IMG/VR virus record: IMGVR_UViG_3300048578_000454
Location: 1-43,448 of that record
DNA from: a virus
Taxonomy: Duplodnaviria > Caudoviricetes
Strand: one strand, 5' to 3'
DNA length: 43,448 nt
Numbering within the stretch: position 1 is the stretch's first letter; each line of letters begins with the position of its first letter. The position numbers and the translations under genes were made by a program. Shown here in pieces: positions 1-9,552 of the stretch. Under the pieces are notes generated by a model. The model had not been told where the DNA came from, searched no databases, and was given only the letters and a program-made list of their open reading frames with translations.

Positions 1-339
1 CTATTTTGCGCCCTCATGCTCCAGGCTGTAATGGTTTCCGTCCTGGAAGCGTCCGCCCCAGGTGCCGCCCTGACTCTCCCACCACTCGCCAAGCCGCCGG
101 TGATCGCTCGACTGAGAGAGCCACACGCCATTCTTGAAGAGATTGAGGTCAATAGCCAGCCGGAGCTTGTGGCAAGATCGCCCCGCGCCATAGCCTTTTT
201 TCTCGCCCATGGCACCGTGCAACCGTGGATCGCGGTAGGCATCGCCCAGCGAAACCTCGTAGCCCATGGCATACGCCTGATCAATCAACCGCGCCACCAT
301 GTGGGAAAATCGCTGTTGTTTTTGTCCTAAAGTCTCCAT
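1..339 (-). CDS. Endolysin, peptidase M15 family
   Basis: SxHxxRLAIDL and WGGRF-x-DGNH motifs; start moved to ATG 339, which has a GAGG SD. Confidence 0.88.
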   Translation of the reverse strand: METLGQKQQRFSHMVARLIDQAYAMGYEVSLGDAYRDPRLHGAMGEKKGYGAGRSCHKLRLAIDLNLFKNGVWLSQSSDHRRLGEWWESQGGTWGGRFQDGNHYSLEHEGAK

Positions 340-352
340 TTGCGAATCCTCA

Positions 353-715
353 CTAGATGGTCCCGCCACCCAAGGTGATCGGGATATGCCATGTCCAATC
401 GTCTGCAGCTGATTCGTCTGAAGCGGCGTTAAAGGTCACCTGCACCTCAAGAAACGCCTTGCCGACCGTGGTAATCGTTGCCGTCGACGCACGGGGAAAT
501 TTCACCACAACCTTCGAATGCTCCCAATCAGCCCCAGGGGTACCGCTGCTCAAAGAGAGCGGAGTCGAGGTTAACGCGGTTTTTTTGTCGGCGGCCACGA
601 TAGCCGCCTGTACCGTGCTTGTGGTCGACGGTATGGCAAACGCCGCCCCATTGATGGTCAGATTGACCGTATACGGCCGGCTGTCTCCAAGTGTGATTTC
701 TGGCGCAGTAGCCAT
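353..715 (-). CDS. Virion-associated protein, BppU-N-like
   Basis: GD-x-x-x-Y-x-V-x-L start and LEVQVTF strand pattern; coupled to neighbours. Confidence 0.55.
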   Translation of the reverse strand: MATAPEITLGDSRPYTVNLTINGAAFAIPSTTSTVQAAIVAADKKTALTSTPLSLSSGTPGADWEHSKVVVKFPRASTATITTVGKAFLEVQVTFNAASDESAADDWTWHIPITLGGGTI

Positions 716-1008
716 CAGATTATGTCTCCATCAATGATTGAGGATATTGTCGCCACCGTAACGGCATCGTCAACCGATCCGTCCAGTGGTGCCGCGGCGA
801 TATTGCCTGCGAGTTGGGGGGCGCTGATATCGGCCGCAACTTCTCCCATAACAATTTCAACCCCTACTGTTTGATCCACGATTACCCCCTCCATCCCACT
901 GGCCAAAATTATCGTTGTGTCTCCGCCGCCACCTTGAGCAAGGAGATGTTCCCACGCATCACCATTCGCAATGGTTGATCCGGCTATTAGCGTGTTCCAG
1001 GCATCCAT
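715..1008 (-). CDS. Hypothetical virion protein
   Basis: 97-aa ORF with 1-bp TGATG overlaps on both sides. Confidence 0.7.
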   Translation of the reverse strand: MDAWNTLIAGSTIANGDAWEHLLAQGGGGDTTIILASGMEGVIVDQTVGVEIVMGEVAADISAPQLAGNIAAAPLDGSVDDAVTVATISSIIDGDII

Positions 1009-1544
1009 CAGCGCTCATAGCTCCAGACAGATTCCGGGGTGGCACGGCTGCTCACGGCGGCGTCCAAGGCATCAAGATTCACCGCTCTGGCGGGAGTCAC
1101 CCCTTGCGCTGTCAGCCCAGCTTGCACAGTGGCGATAGTGGCGGCGGCTCCGGTTGAAATGGTGATAACCTCAACCTGGGGAGGCACATAGTTGATGTCG
1201 ACCCTCGTGGTGCCGGAAAGCGGGGTGCGGTCAAAGCAGGCAATTCCCTCCTGACCGTCGTCGGTGATGATGATTCCGGTGATGGTCAGGGTGTGGCTGA
1301 CGTTGTAAGGGACGATGCGAGTGCCAGACAATAGCACCACATATCGCTCCGTGGACTTTCCACTGCCCTTGGGATCGTTTCCCCGCGCCGAAAGAAAAGG
1401 CGAGTACATCCGCAATGACTCATCGACTCGCCGCAGCGTCCTCACCTCTTTGTAAATATCAATCGGATGGATCGACGCCCCCACGGTATCGGCTCCCAAA
1501 TAAATGTCTCGGTTCAACGGATCAATGTGATCAATTAAGGCCAT
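1008..1544 (-). CDS. Putative tail/fibre-associated protein
   Basis: 178-aa ORF, translationally coupled within the fibre module. Confidence 0.7.
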   Translation of the reverse strand: MALIDHIDPLNRDIYLGADTVGASIHPIDIYKEVRTLRRVDESLRMYSPFLSARGNDPKGSGKSTERYVVLLSGTRIVPYNVSHTLTITGIIITDDGQEGIACFDRTPLSGTTRVDINYVPPQVEVITISTGAAATIATVQAGLTAQGVTPARAVNLDALDAAVSSRATPESVWSYER

Positions 1545-1873
1545 CAGTCCACCACAATGAGGCCGGTGGCAGGATCAAGCGCACCGCCATATTTTTCGAT
1601 GATAAGGTCAATCGCGGCCAGGGTGAGAGCTTCGGCTATCCCCGCCGCTGATATTGTTCCCGCTGGTGGATGACCCGGATCGACGAGCGGGTATGTCCGC
1701 AGAGCAATTGCCCCAACTCTGGCCGACACCTGTCCCCAGCGATCCACCGTGTTGTGGACCTGCTTGAAATCGTCGCTCATCTCAACCCGCTGGATGATCA
1801 GGTTGATCCATGGCTCCGCTCCAGGCGTGGGCAGATCGATGTAGATTTGTTGGGTGCGGAGTACTGTTTTCAT
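1544..1873 (-). CDS. Hypothetical protein
   Basis: 109-aa ORF, translationally coupled. Confidence 0.7.
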   Translation of the reverse strand: MKTVLRTQQIYIDLPTPGAEPWINLIIQRVEMSDDFKQVHNTVDRWGQVSARVGAIALRTYPLVDPGHPPAGTISAAGIAEALTLAAIDLIIEKYGGALDPATGLIVVD

Positions 1874-3363
1874 CAGGCGTTGGTGTCCGTGGTTGGGGCG
1901 CAGGTCACGGCAACCACAGAGGTCCGGGTAATGGTCGCCGCAGTTAACGCTTGGGCGGCTCCGCCATCACCCTCAACCACCACAATGATGTCTTTATCCA
2001 CTCCAGCCGACAAGCCGGCCTGGGTGTTGGTGTCGTAGGCATAAGCAAAGTTCACCTTGCCCGCCACGGCATCGGTGGACACGTTTCCCTTGACCGGACT
2101 ACCGGAATCATCATTGACTGTGACTGCCCCGGCTGTGTCAAAATCAGCCGTAGACGCACCATTGGCATAAAAGACATGGTACCAGGCGTTGGTGTCCGCC
2201 ACGGCTGCAGACCCAACAGCAATCTGCACCTCTGGGAAAAATGGGTACGTTTTGGCGTTTCCTGAATCATCAGTCTGGATAACATTCTGTTTTTCTGCGG
2301 TGCTCAAGCCATCAATAAACAGGCCGGTCGACGTGACCACCTTTCCCGAGGTGTTGCGGCTGTACCATACCCTGCCTTTTTTGCCGTTGTACGTTCCGGA
2401 CCCGATATCAATATCTGCATCCTGGAGGGCAAGGGCGTCAAGGAAAGCAGCGCATTGCTGCATCGATCCTCCCCCGGTGTTGTTGAGCACCCAGAGGAAA
2501 GCACCGTCAGCCTCGTTAAATCCAGTCCTGGTTGCTGAAGATGATAATTTTTCCAAGCTCATCCCCGTCCAAGGTGCGATCTTGGCCGCTCCGTAGACAT
2601 CGGCCAGGGTGTATGAGTTATTGGAGTTGAGCGTTTCGCCCACGCCATAACCTGCAGAGAATCCAGAGAACTCAGTGATTCCGGTCAATACAGAAGTGGT
2701 TTCGCCGGCGTTGTAACCCCATGATCTGGTCCGCACTACCAACACCGAAGCGGTGTAATCGAAATCACCGGCGCCGGTATCTCCATAGGCCGTATCGCCA
2801 TAAACCTGGACAACCTCGTTGATACTGCCGGTGCGGATAAAATTGGTCCAAGTTGCTGCCTGGAGCGTGGCCTCGGCGGTATCGGCGACCAGGGTGTAAT
2901 AAGAGGTGGTCCCATACTGGATCGAGTTGAGCGATTTGACGCCGTGATAGATGCGGTCCTTTGCCGTCTGTCCATCGCCGGAATCAGCAAACTCAATGAA
3001 TCCACTGCCCCTGATCTTGGCCCGGTCCGTGCCGTCTAGCTTTACCCCGTTGACGAAGTTAAACGCCCCAGAAAACCTGTAATCACCATCGGTCCCCCGC
3101 TTGTATTTGCGCAGATTCTCATCAAGTCGACGACGGGCATTTTCGAAATTGTACAAGGCCCGCATGGTTATTCCATCGGCATTGTTGAGCGGATTGGTCA
3201 CTGCCCCCGCTCCGAAATCCACAGTCGCCAATTCATTGGCGCCGATCAACTGGATCTCATTATTTGCTACGTCAAAATAAACATTGCCATTGGGAGAGCT
3301 TCCCCGTGGATTGGTTGATTGCTTGAGGGTGGTGCTGTAGTTGGTATGATCAATCAAGGCCAT
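1873..3363 (-). CDS. Putative tail fibre/structural protein
   Basis: 496 aa, Gly/Thr/Asn-rich beta-type composition; AGGAG SD. Confidence 0.7.
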   Translation of the reverse strand: MALIDHTNYSTTLKQSTNPRGSSPNGNVYFDVANNEIQLIGANELATVDFGAGAVTNPLNNADGITMRALYNFENARRRLDENLRKYKRGTDGDYRFSGAFNFVNGVKLDGTDRAKIRGSGFIEFADSGDGQTAKDRIYHGVKSLNSIQYGTTSYYTLVADTAEATLQAATWTNFIRTGSINEVVQVYGDTAYGDTGAGDFDYTASVLVVRTRSWGYNAGETTSVLTGITEFSGFSAGYGVGETLNSNNSYTLADVYGAAKIAPWTGMSLEKLSSSATRTGFNEADGAFLWVLNNTGGGSMQQCAAFLDALALQDADIDIGSGTYNGKKGRVWYSRNTSGKVVTSTGLFIDGLSTAEKQNVIQTDDSGNAKTYPFFPEVQIAVGSAAVADTNAWYHVFYANGASTADFDTAGAVTVNDDSGSPVKGNVSTDAVAGKVNFAYAYDTNTQAGLSAGVDKDIIVVVEGDGGAAQALTAATITRTSVVAVTCAPTTDTNA

Positions 3364-3374
3364 GATAATGTCTC

Positions 3375-5195
3375 CTATGCGTTAACGTCGGCTTTGAGGG
3401 TTAGCGTCAGCGTCTCGTTGATGTTCGTAACCGTATGCGAGGTCAAAAACTCCTCATAACCACTCTGCATAACCTGGATATAAATTGTGTTGTTGAGCAG
3501 GCTGGCGGCTGAGTAGGTGTAAGTGGTGGATGGGTTGGACTCGGTTCCTGACAACTCAGTTCCAAGAGTTCCGGTAGGAGTGTTGTCTGCTTCGTAGATG
3601 CGGATTTCAGCTCCGGTGAGGCTGACGTTGGCGGTGATGGTGAGAGTGGCGGCGATAGGCACTAAGCCGTCTCCGTGGTCCCACTCAAAAGGCCCAACAT
3701 CCCAATAGTTATTTGGGTAGGTGGATGCTTCGTAGTTAGGGCAGATGGTGCCCAACATATCCACCGAATCGATTATTCCAGACAAATCCACGCCCGCATC
3801 AATCAGTGGGGAACCCGAGACGAGTCTGAAATTGTTGTTTTCATGATCTACAAAAAGATTGCTCGGCGTTGCCATGTTTACCAATAGGGGCGACTCCGAG
3901 CACCAAACCCGCGTCATAGTGTGCTCCCCCGTGCCTACACCGTCAAAAGTGTAGGCAGTCATCCCACTATTGCCTGCAATTGTCATTGTTGTTGATGTTC
4001 CTGCAGACCTTACAACATATGGCGATCCTTTTTCTAGCGCGACACCTCCAACAGTTGGGAGTGTTCCGGTAGAGTCAAAAACCACAACAGCGTCAACCCC
4101 CCGATAATGCGCCGATGCAAACGTGAGTGTTTGGCTACCTGCAGAGGCAGTAAACACCACTTTATCTCCAGCTATATTCTCCCCTATATTGTTAAATAAT
4201 TTAGTTGATGAATATCTAGGCGAGTCCTCATAATTAACTGTATTCCCAACAACTATATTATTCGCATACAACCCCTGGGCTCCAGTGGAAGAGTCAACTC
4301 CTTTTTTACACTTTGTTATTATGTTGTTACATGCAACTGAACCCTTTCCGTAGTCTGCTAAAAGTCCTGTGCCGCCTATATCAAAAACTATGTTACGGTA
4401 GTAACGTACACTATCAGCGACAACTAATCCAACCTTAGCCGCAGCAAGATTGTTTCCGCTAACAACACAATTTTTTACCGTTGTGTTATATTGGATTGAT
4501 CCTGGATTTACTATTTTTACTCCACCATTATATGTCCCTTTTAAATGTATCCCATCAACAGTAATATTGTATGAGTTCGGATTTAAAACTGATGTCACGT
4601 TCGAACACAAAAAGCAATATCCATCATCTACAGATCCTTTGTGCCACGCTTCAGACATAACTCCATCTACAGTAGAGGTAATCAATACCGAAGCAGAGTT
4701 GTAAAAAGAGGAACAATTCAGTGGCACCGTTGACTCCTCAACGTATCCATCCAATAATTCGCATATTTCCACTCCGTACAGCTCAGGTTGGTGTGATCTG
4801 GCCGTTTGCCACGCGATTAAGCCACTATAAATTCGCTCGCTCCCGCTCTCTCCATATCTGGCCAACTGAGCAGCACTTAAACCAAGCATATTGGCAGATT
4901 TAACCGTATGCGTTCCGCTCCCTGTGCCAGTAAACGTAATCTGATTGGTTCCAGCCATTGCATCAGCTTTGGTTGGATAGAGGGTGAATTTTCCTGTGTC
5001 CGCACCATCACGAGGATAACAGGTTGCCCCAGCAGTGAGTCCGACTGGCAAGGTACCGGTGGTCGAAAACACAACCCCGGTGACTCCTTGCCGCAATCCG
5101 TGATTGGCGAGGTTTACCACATCGCCAGCGTCGGTGAACGTGACCGTTTTCCCGGACAGTCCGCCAAAACAAACAAGGGAATAGACCGTGGCCAT
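3375..5195 (-). CDS. Tail spike/receptor-binding protein with right-handed beta-helix repeats
   Basis: NNIxxxN-type repeats; FRLVSGSPLIDAG...WDVGPFE closing motif; two copies of a VVFxxTGTLP...GxGxGxHT module. Confidence 0.7.
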   Translation of the reverse strand: MATVYSLVCFGGLSGKTVTFTDAGDVVNLANHGLRQGVTGVVFSTTGTLPVGLTAGATCYPRDGADTGKFTLYPTKADAMAGTNQITFTGTGSGTHTVKSANMLGLSAAQLARYGESGSERIYSGLIAWQTARSHQPELYGVEICELLDGYVEESTVPLNCSSFYNSASVLITSTVDGVMSEAWHKGSVDDGYCFLCSNVTSVLNPNSYNITVDGIHLKGTYNGGVKIVNPGSIQYNTTVKNCVVSGNNLAAAKVGLVVADSVRYYRNIVFDIGGTGLLADYGKGSVACNNIITKCKKGVDSSTGAQGLYANNIVVGNTVNYEDSPRYSSTKLFNNIGENIAGDKVVFTASAGSQTLTFASAHYRGVDAVVVFDSTGTLPTVGGVALEKGSPYVVRSAGTSTTMTIAGNSGMTAYTFDGVGTGEHTMTRVWCSESPLLVNMATPSNLFVDHENNNFRLVSGSPLIDAGVDLSGIIDSVDMLGTICPNYEASTYPNNYWDVGPFEWDHGDGLVPIAATLTITANVSLTGAEIRIYEADNTPTGTLGTELSGTESNPSTTYTYSAASLLNNTIYIQVMQSGYEEFLTSHTVTNINETLTLTLKADVNA

Positions 5196-5444
5196 CTATT
5201 GGCCTCCATTCTTCGCTTTGGCGCGGTTAATCAAGTCGTTCCACTCAACCACAATATCAACCACGCGTTCGCAAGGGGCGATCTGCGCCGGAGCGCACCT
5301 GGCCAGAGGTGTTCCGCAATGCTGCCATTGCCACCAGACGTTTACGGCCATGGCCAGCGCTACCAGCAGCAGGGCGCAAACTACCCATAGGGCTGCGACA
5401 GTGGCTCTCTCCCGAGCGCGATAATCTTCAGGCCGTATCATCAT
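5196..5444 (-). CDS. Small membrane protein (lysis module)
   Basis: One hydrophobic helix (VAALWVVCALLLVALAMAV). Confidence 0.6.
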   Translation of the reverse strand: MMIRPEDYRARERATVAALWVVCALLLVALAMAVNVWWQWQHCGTPLARCAPAQIAPCERVVDIVVEWNDLINRAKAKNGGQ

Positions 5445-5757
5445 GATTGATCCTCCGCTCTTCTTGGTGAGGTGCGTCGGCTTCTCTTCGGTCCAAGCGC
5501 CCGAAAATTGCTTTGATGTCCTCTTTCATTTCTTTTTGCAGGGCGGTAAGCACCGCCAAACTGATCGACATCGACGCCAGTGCGTCCAGCTGCTTTTCAA
5601 GGCGCGTTACTCGGCCATCAAGGTCCCGGTCGGCTTGGCGTAGACTTTCAAGCACCCCACGGCTCACCCATCCACCACCGATTAATCCGCCGCCGGCAGA
5701 AAGCACGCAACCGACAATCACCTGCCAAAATTTCCAATCGCTCTCAGGTTGCACCAT
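5428..5757 (-). CDS. Membrane-anchored coiled-coil protein (holin/antiholin-like)
   Basis: N-terminal TM segment followed by heptads RVTRLEKQL...IKAIFGRLD. Confidence 0.6.
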   Translation of the reverse strand: MVQPESDWKFWQVIVGCVLSAGGGLIGGGWVSRGVLESLRQADRDLDGRVTRLEKQLDALASMSISLAVLTALQKEMKEDIKAIFGRLDRREADAPHQEERRINHDDTA

Positions 5758-5947
5758 TCCCGCCTTTTTTTTGATCGATGTATGATTGCGCCCACTTGCC
5801 GGAGATCAGCGCCACCATAAACGCCTGGACCTCACCGGGCGGGACATACATCGTTTTAAGGTGGATTGATAGATACACCCACACCCCGCCAAACAGCAGG
5901 CAAAACCAGAGGGTGACGATTCGCAAGGTGCGTGGGGTGTCGGTCAT
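5744..5947 (-). CDS. Putative holin
   Basis: 67 aa from ATG 5947 (ATGA overlap); two hydrophobic segments and a charged C-terminus. Confidence 0.65.
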   Translation of the reverse strand: MTDTPRTLRIVTLWFCLLFGGVWVYLSIHLKTMYVPPGEVQAFMVALISGKWAQSYIDQKKGGNGAT

Positions 5948-6159
5948 CTCGCCACCCCAGCGGCGCCGGTTTGTGATGCGGCCGCCGATGCGTCCACGTC
6001 GGTGCGCTTTTCGGTGTTGATGGTGTCGGTTCCGGTGATGGTGTTGTGGTCGCCGGTTAGGGTGTAGTTGTTCTCGGTTTGGGCGATGGTGCAGGCCTGT
6101 TGGCACAGCAGGCACACCATTATCACCACCAGCCGGTAAAATCGTCTCGCCTGTCTCAT
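5944..6159 (-). CDS. Small exported or lipoprotein-like protein
   Basis: Basic N-terminus, hydrophobic stretch, then QAC; AAGGAG SD. Confidence 0.55.
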   Translation of the reverse strand: MRQARRFYRLVVIMVCLLCQQACTIAQTENNYTLTGDHNTITGTDTINTEKRTDVDASAAASQTGAAGVAR

Positions 6160-6182
6160 GTCGCTCCTTGGGCGTTTGCCCG

Positions 6183-6395
6183 TTACTGCTGATAATTTTT
6201 AATCTGTGGAGCCGCTCCAGCCGCACTGACAATCACCCCGGCCAGCACCATCACCCTGGCGCCCGGATTGTAGGCTGTCGCCGAGTCGGCAATCAGCACC
6301 CGGCCGTCGTCGGCGTCCACGGTGTGGCGGCGGCCGGACCTGGCGGACACTGTCCCGGCCACTCGGCCAGCGGCCTGTTTGCGGAGTTCAATCAT
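6183..6395 (-). CDS. Small tail-tip protein, OB-fold-like
   Basis: GTV...V...G...YxPGxRVxV pattern; last gene of the tail-tip cluster. Confidence 0.55.
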   Translation of the reverse strand: MIELRKQAAGRVAGTVSARSGRRHTVDADDGRVLIADSATAYNPGARVMVLAGVIVSAAGAAPQIKNYQQ

Positions 6396-6744
6396 CCAGT
6401 CGCTCCATGGTCACCGAGGAGTCGGCGGTAAACGACAGCCCATCGTCGCCCACGGCCAGGGTATAGGTAATGGCGGTGAGCTTCGCCCTCACTGGTCCGC
6501 GCTCGCTGTCAATCAGCTCGCCGATGGTTCCGGGTTCGAGATTGCCCGGCGCGGGGATCGATCCGGAGATTGGCACACGCGGCGCTTGGGTGTCCAACTC
6601 TGCCATGGCCCGGACCAGGGCCACCCGCTCCGAGGGGATCATGGCGTCAGTCACCGTGGGCGCCACTCGGCAACCCGGCCCCAGGGTTCCATCGGCCAGG
6701 ATTACCCCAGGCGTGCGGGCCAACCGCACGGTCACGGCGCTCAT
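6388..6744 (-). CDS. Tail-tip protein
   Basis: 118 aa; LEPGTIGEL motif resembling tail hub C-termini; coupled. Confidence 0.6.
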   Translation of the reverse strand: MSAVTVRLARTPGVILADGTLGPGCRVAPTVTDAMIPSERVALVRAMAELDTQAPRVPISGSIPAPGNLEPGTIGELIDSERGPVRAKLTAITYTLAVGDDGLSFTADSSVTMERLDD

Positions 6745-7262
6745 GTTGTCTGCTCCAGGGTGATCATGGCGTCGATGGCGTAGTCATCGTCTTCGCCCAG
6801 GACCAGCCCTGCCGGGGGATCAAATCGGTAGAGGTGGAAATGGACCGCATAGGTCAGGGTGCCCCTGGCCATCACGGTGAGGGGATCGGCGACAGCGGCC
6901 AACGTGCGGCCACTCACCGCAGCAAGAGCAATTTCGTTGCCCTGCCAATCAACCGCCACATCTCCTGCCGGGTAATGGCTCAGCTCAACTGCCACATCTT
7001 CCGGAGTCCACAGCGCGCCCTCCATGGTGCGGGCGCGGGTGACCTGGCCGCAATAGGTGATCATCCCGTCGGTTTGATACGCCAGCGATGGGGCATAACC
7101 CGGTTCAACATGGAGCAAAAACCAGATGGTTTCGTCCGCTCCAAAGGTTGTTTTTGGCTCGCCATCAACGTCGAGATTGAGGGTGTCGTCCAGCTCCAGC
7201 ACCGCAAAGGGATCGCCGGCAGCTGATCCCTGGCCAAAGGTTACGCGGCATGTCGCAGTCAT
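6741..7262 (-). CDS. Tail-tip protein
   Basis: 173 aa; ATGA overlaps on both sides. Confidence 0.65.
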   Translation of the reverse strand: MTATCRVTFGQGSAAGDPFAVLELDDTLNLDVDGEPKTTFGADETIWFLLHVEPGYAPSLAYQTDGMITYCGQVTRARTMEGALWTPEDVAVELSHYPAGDVAVDWQGNEIALAAVSGRTLAAVADPLTVMARGTLTYAVHFHLYRFDPPAGLVLGEDDDYAIDAMITLEQTT

Positions 7263-9280
7263 CGTTCCACCTCATAAAACTGCACTTCCTCGCTGCGGGG
7301 CGAGGTCCCGATCCACATGTGGCAGCGGGTAGTGTAGGAGATTTTTGCCAGCGAGTTGCCCATCACCTCCGAGGTCAACGACCCGTCCTCAGCGGCGGTA
7401 ATCGCCCCCAGCGAGGCCTGCAGCCACACCACCGACACCATGGAGTACACTGGCAGCGGCGCGCTGGCCGATCCATCAACAAACTCCACCACCTCGTCAA
7501 CCACCCGCTCTTCAACCACGCCGCTGTCCTCAATCGTCACCCAGGAGCCGCCGCTGGTGGCCAGGCCAAAGTCAACCCAGGGCACCCGGTAGCCGCGCAC
7601 CCGCTTGCGATACTCGGTGATGTCTTCTACCTCAAAGCGGGTCGACCGGTCGCTCTCGCCCTGGTTACTGACCGTGATCACGTTGTAGCGGTTGGACTCG
7701 GCCTCGCTCTCTGAATCGGAGAACAAGCCGCTGTCTTCGATGGTCCAAGCCGGAGCCACCGTATCCCATTCTGCCGGCGGCGTGGGGTCAGCCATCCGCA
7801 GGATAAGCGCGTTGTTGGGCGAGGTCTGGACAATCCCGCCGATGATGGCCGCCAGCTTGCGCAAACCTTCCAGGGGGCTTTCGTCGGTCAGGAAAAAAGT
7901 CCCGCCGGGTTGCAGCCAGTCTTCCAGCCTAAAATCCAGGGTGATCAACTCCGGCAGCGAGGCAATCAGGTCGGCGGCAATCACCGAGGCCAGGGTGGTG
8001 GCCGGCCAGCTCATGGTCACAGGCAGGGCATAGGGAGCATCCAGCCCGGCAGTCAGCGAGCGGGCGATGATAGTGTAGTCGGCCCCGTACTCGGCGGAGC
8101 CGGTGTCTCCAGACACTGAGCGGGACCGCAGCTTAGCGGCCGCAAACAGAGTGTAGGTGGTCCCGGCCCAATCAATCTCCACAGTGTCGAGCTTGGCGAT
8201 GGACCCAAACTCGGCCGGATCGCGCAGCACAACGGTGGCCTCAATCAGGTAACTGTCCTCGCTCCTGGTCCAAGAGACGCTGGACCAGCGCACTGCCACT
8301 CCGCCAATCCGCACCGGGCAGACAATCTGCTGGATTGTGGCCCCCGGCAGCAGCGAGTAATATCCCACCAGCGCGGCCATGATCTCGTTGCGCTCGCGCA
8401 GATCGTACCGGCCGTCGAGCGCGGCCAGCACCGAGGCCCCGCAGATGGCATATTCGCCCTCCAGGCCGGCGAGCACTGAGTGCATCAGGTGGTAGCGGCC
8501 TTCGAGCGCAGCCAACACCGGGACCATGTCGCTGTAGCGGCCGACCAGCGCGGCTTGGATGGTGGAGGCGTTGCCGTAGCGGCCGACGAGGCCGGCGGTA
8601 ATCAGGGCGGCGTTGTCGTAGCGGCCAACGAGGGCTTGCTCCATGATCAGGGAGTACTGGCCCACCAATCCGGCAGGACCAACTGCCGACAACAGGTGGT
8701 ACTGGCCCACTAGGCCCTGTTCGAGGTGCGACTCGTAGAGCCCGTAGATTCCCACCAAACCAGCAACCACGGTTTCATACACGATAACCGCCGGTTCGCC
8801 CTCGACACCCTCAATAAATGCCGCCTGCGCTATGGTGGCCATATCCCCCGCGAGAGTCGCGGCAGGGTCGGTCCCGGCCGATGTGGCGTAGCTAAAAGAT
8901 CTGGTTGCCGAGGATGGACCACCAGGCACCCCATCACTGGCGCCCACGAGTGAAATGATTAAATCCTTGGTCTCATCCACCGCATACTCTACCCAATCCG
9001 ACCAGACTGCGGCGGTCGATATCGTGACGCCTGCAGCGCCGCCGAAAAAAACCTGGACCTGGGTGCCGTCAAAATCGAGATCGCCTGCTCCCTTGTGGCC
9101 AACGTACATAGATGACAAAGTAATGTTGGCCCCATAGAGCCACCCCAGGCGGATTCTTATCCGCCCAGCATCCGCCAATACTGCAGCAGCGCTGCACTTT
9201 ACGCGGCATTGCTTGCCCGTTAAGCCGCTGATGCCCGAGTACGGGCTAGAGGCGACGGTCTCAACGACGGTAAAAGCCAT
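7259..9280 (-). CDS. Tail hub-like protein with ten internal L-x-G-x-Y repeats
   Basis: Start ATG 9280 (TAATG coupling); hub-like C-terminal half (ESPLEGLRKLAAIIGG, RYNVITV). Confidence 0.7.
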   Translation of the reverse strand: MAFTVVETVASSPYSGISGLTGKQCRVKCSAAAVLADAGRIRIRLGWLYGANITLSSMYVGHKGAGDLDFDGTQVQVFFGGAAGVTISTAAVWSDWVEYAVDETKDLIISLVGASDGVPGGPSSATRSFSYATSAGTDPAATLAGDMATIAQAAFIEGVEGEPAVIVYETVVAGLVGIYGLYESHLEQGLVGQYHLLSAVGPAGLVGQYSLIMEQALVGRYDNAALITAGLVGRYGNASTIQAALVGRYSDMVPVLAALEGRYHLMHSVLAGLEGEYAICGASVLAALDGRYDLRERNEIMAALVGYYSLLPGATIQQIVCPVRIGGVAVRWSSVSWTRSEDSYLIEATVVLRDPAEFGSIAKLDTVEIDWAGTTYTLFAAAKLRSRSVSGDTGSAEYGADYTIIARSLTAGLDAPYALPVTMSWPATTLASVIAADLIASLPELITLDFRLEDWLQPGGTFFLTDESPLEGLRKLAAIIGGIVQTSPNNALILRMADPTPPAEWDTVAPAWTIEDSGLFSDSESEAESNRYNVITVSNQGESDRSTRFEVEDITEYRKRVRGYRVPWVDFGLATSGGSWVTIEDSGVVEERVVDEVVEFVDGSASAPLPVYSMVSVVWLQASLGAITAAEDGSLTSEVMGNSLAKISYTTRCHMWIGTSPRSEEVQFYEVER

Positions 9281-9552
9281 TATCTCACCCCCCGCAACCG
9301 TGAGTATCCACAATGTCGACTGCAAACCAATACCGGGGCTCCGGCCAGCCGGCTGCTGTCGGGACAAGATCGCAAAGCTGCAGAGCAGTCCGGGCAGAGA
9401 GGAGACCCATCATCCGCCGGAGAGGCGGTAGAGGGGTACGGCTGCAGGCGGCTATCGATTGCTGCAATCAAATCGGCAACAGTCTCTGTTCCGGGCCTGG
9501 AAAAAAGCAGAGCCCGACAATTTTGCAGCGTGGCGATGCTAAAGGCCTGCAT
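9280..9552 (-). CDS. Small Zn-ribbon protein
   Basis: CPDC...CSRHC; TAATG coupling at both ends. Confidence 0.65.
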   Translation of the reverse strand: MQAFSIATLQNCRALLFSRPGTETVADLIAAIDSRLQPYPSTASPADDGSPLCPDCSAALRSCPDSSRLAGAPVLVCSRHCGYSRLRGVR

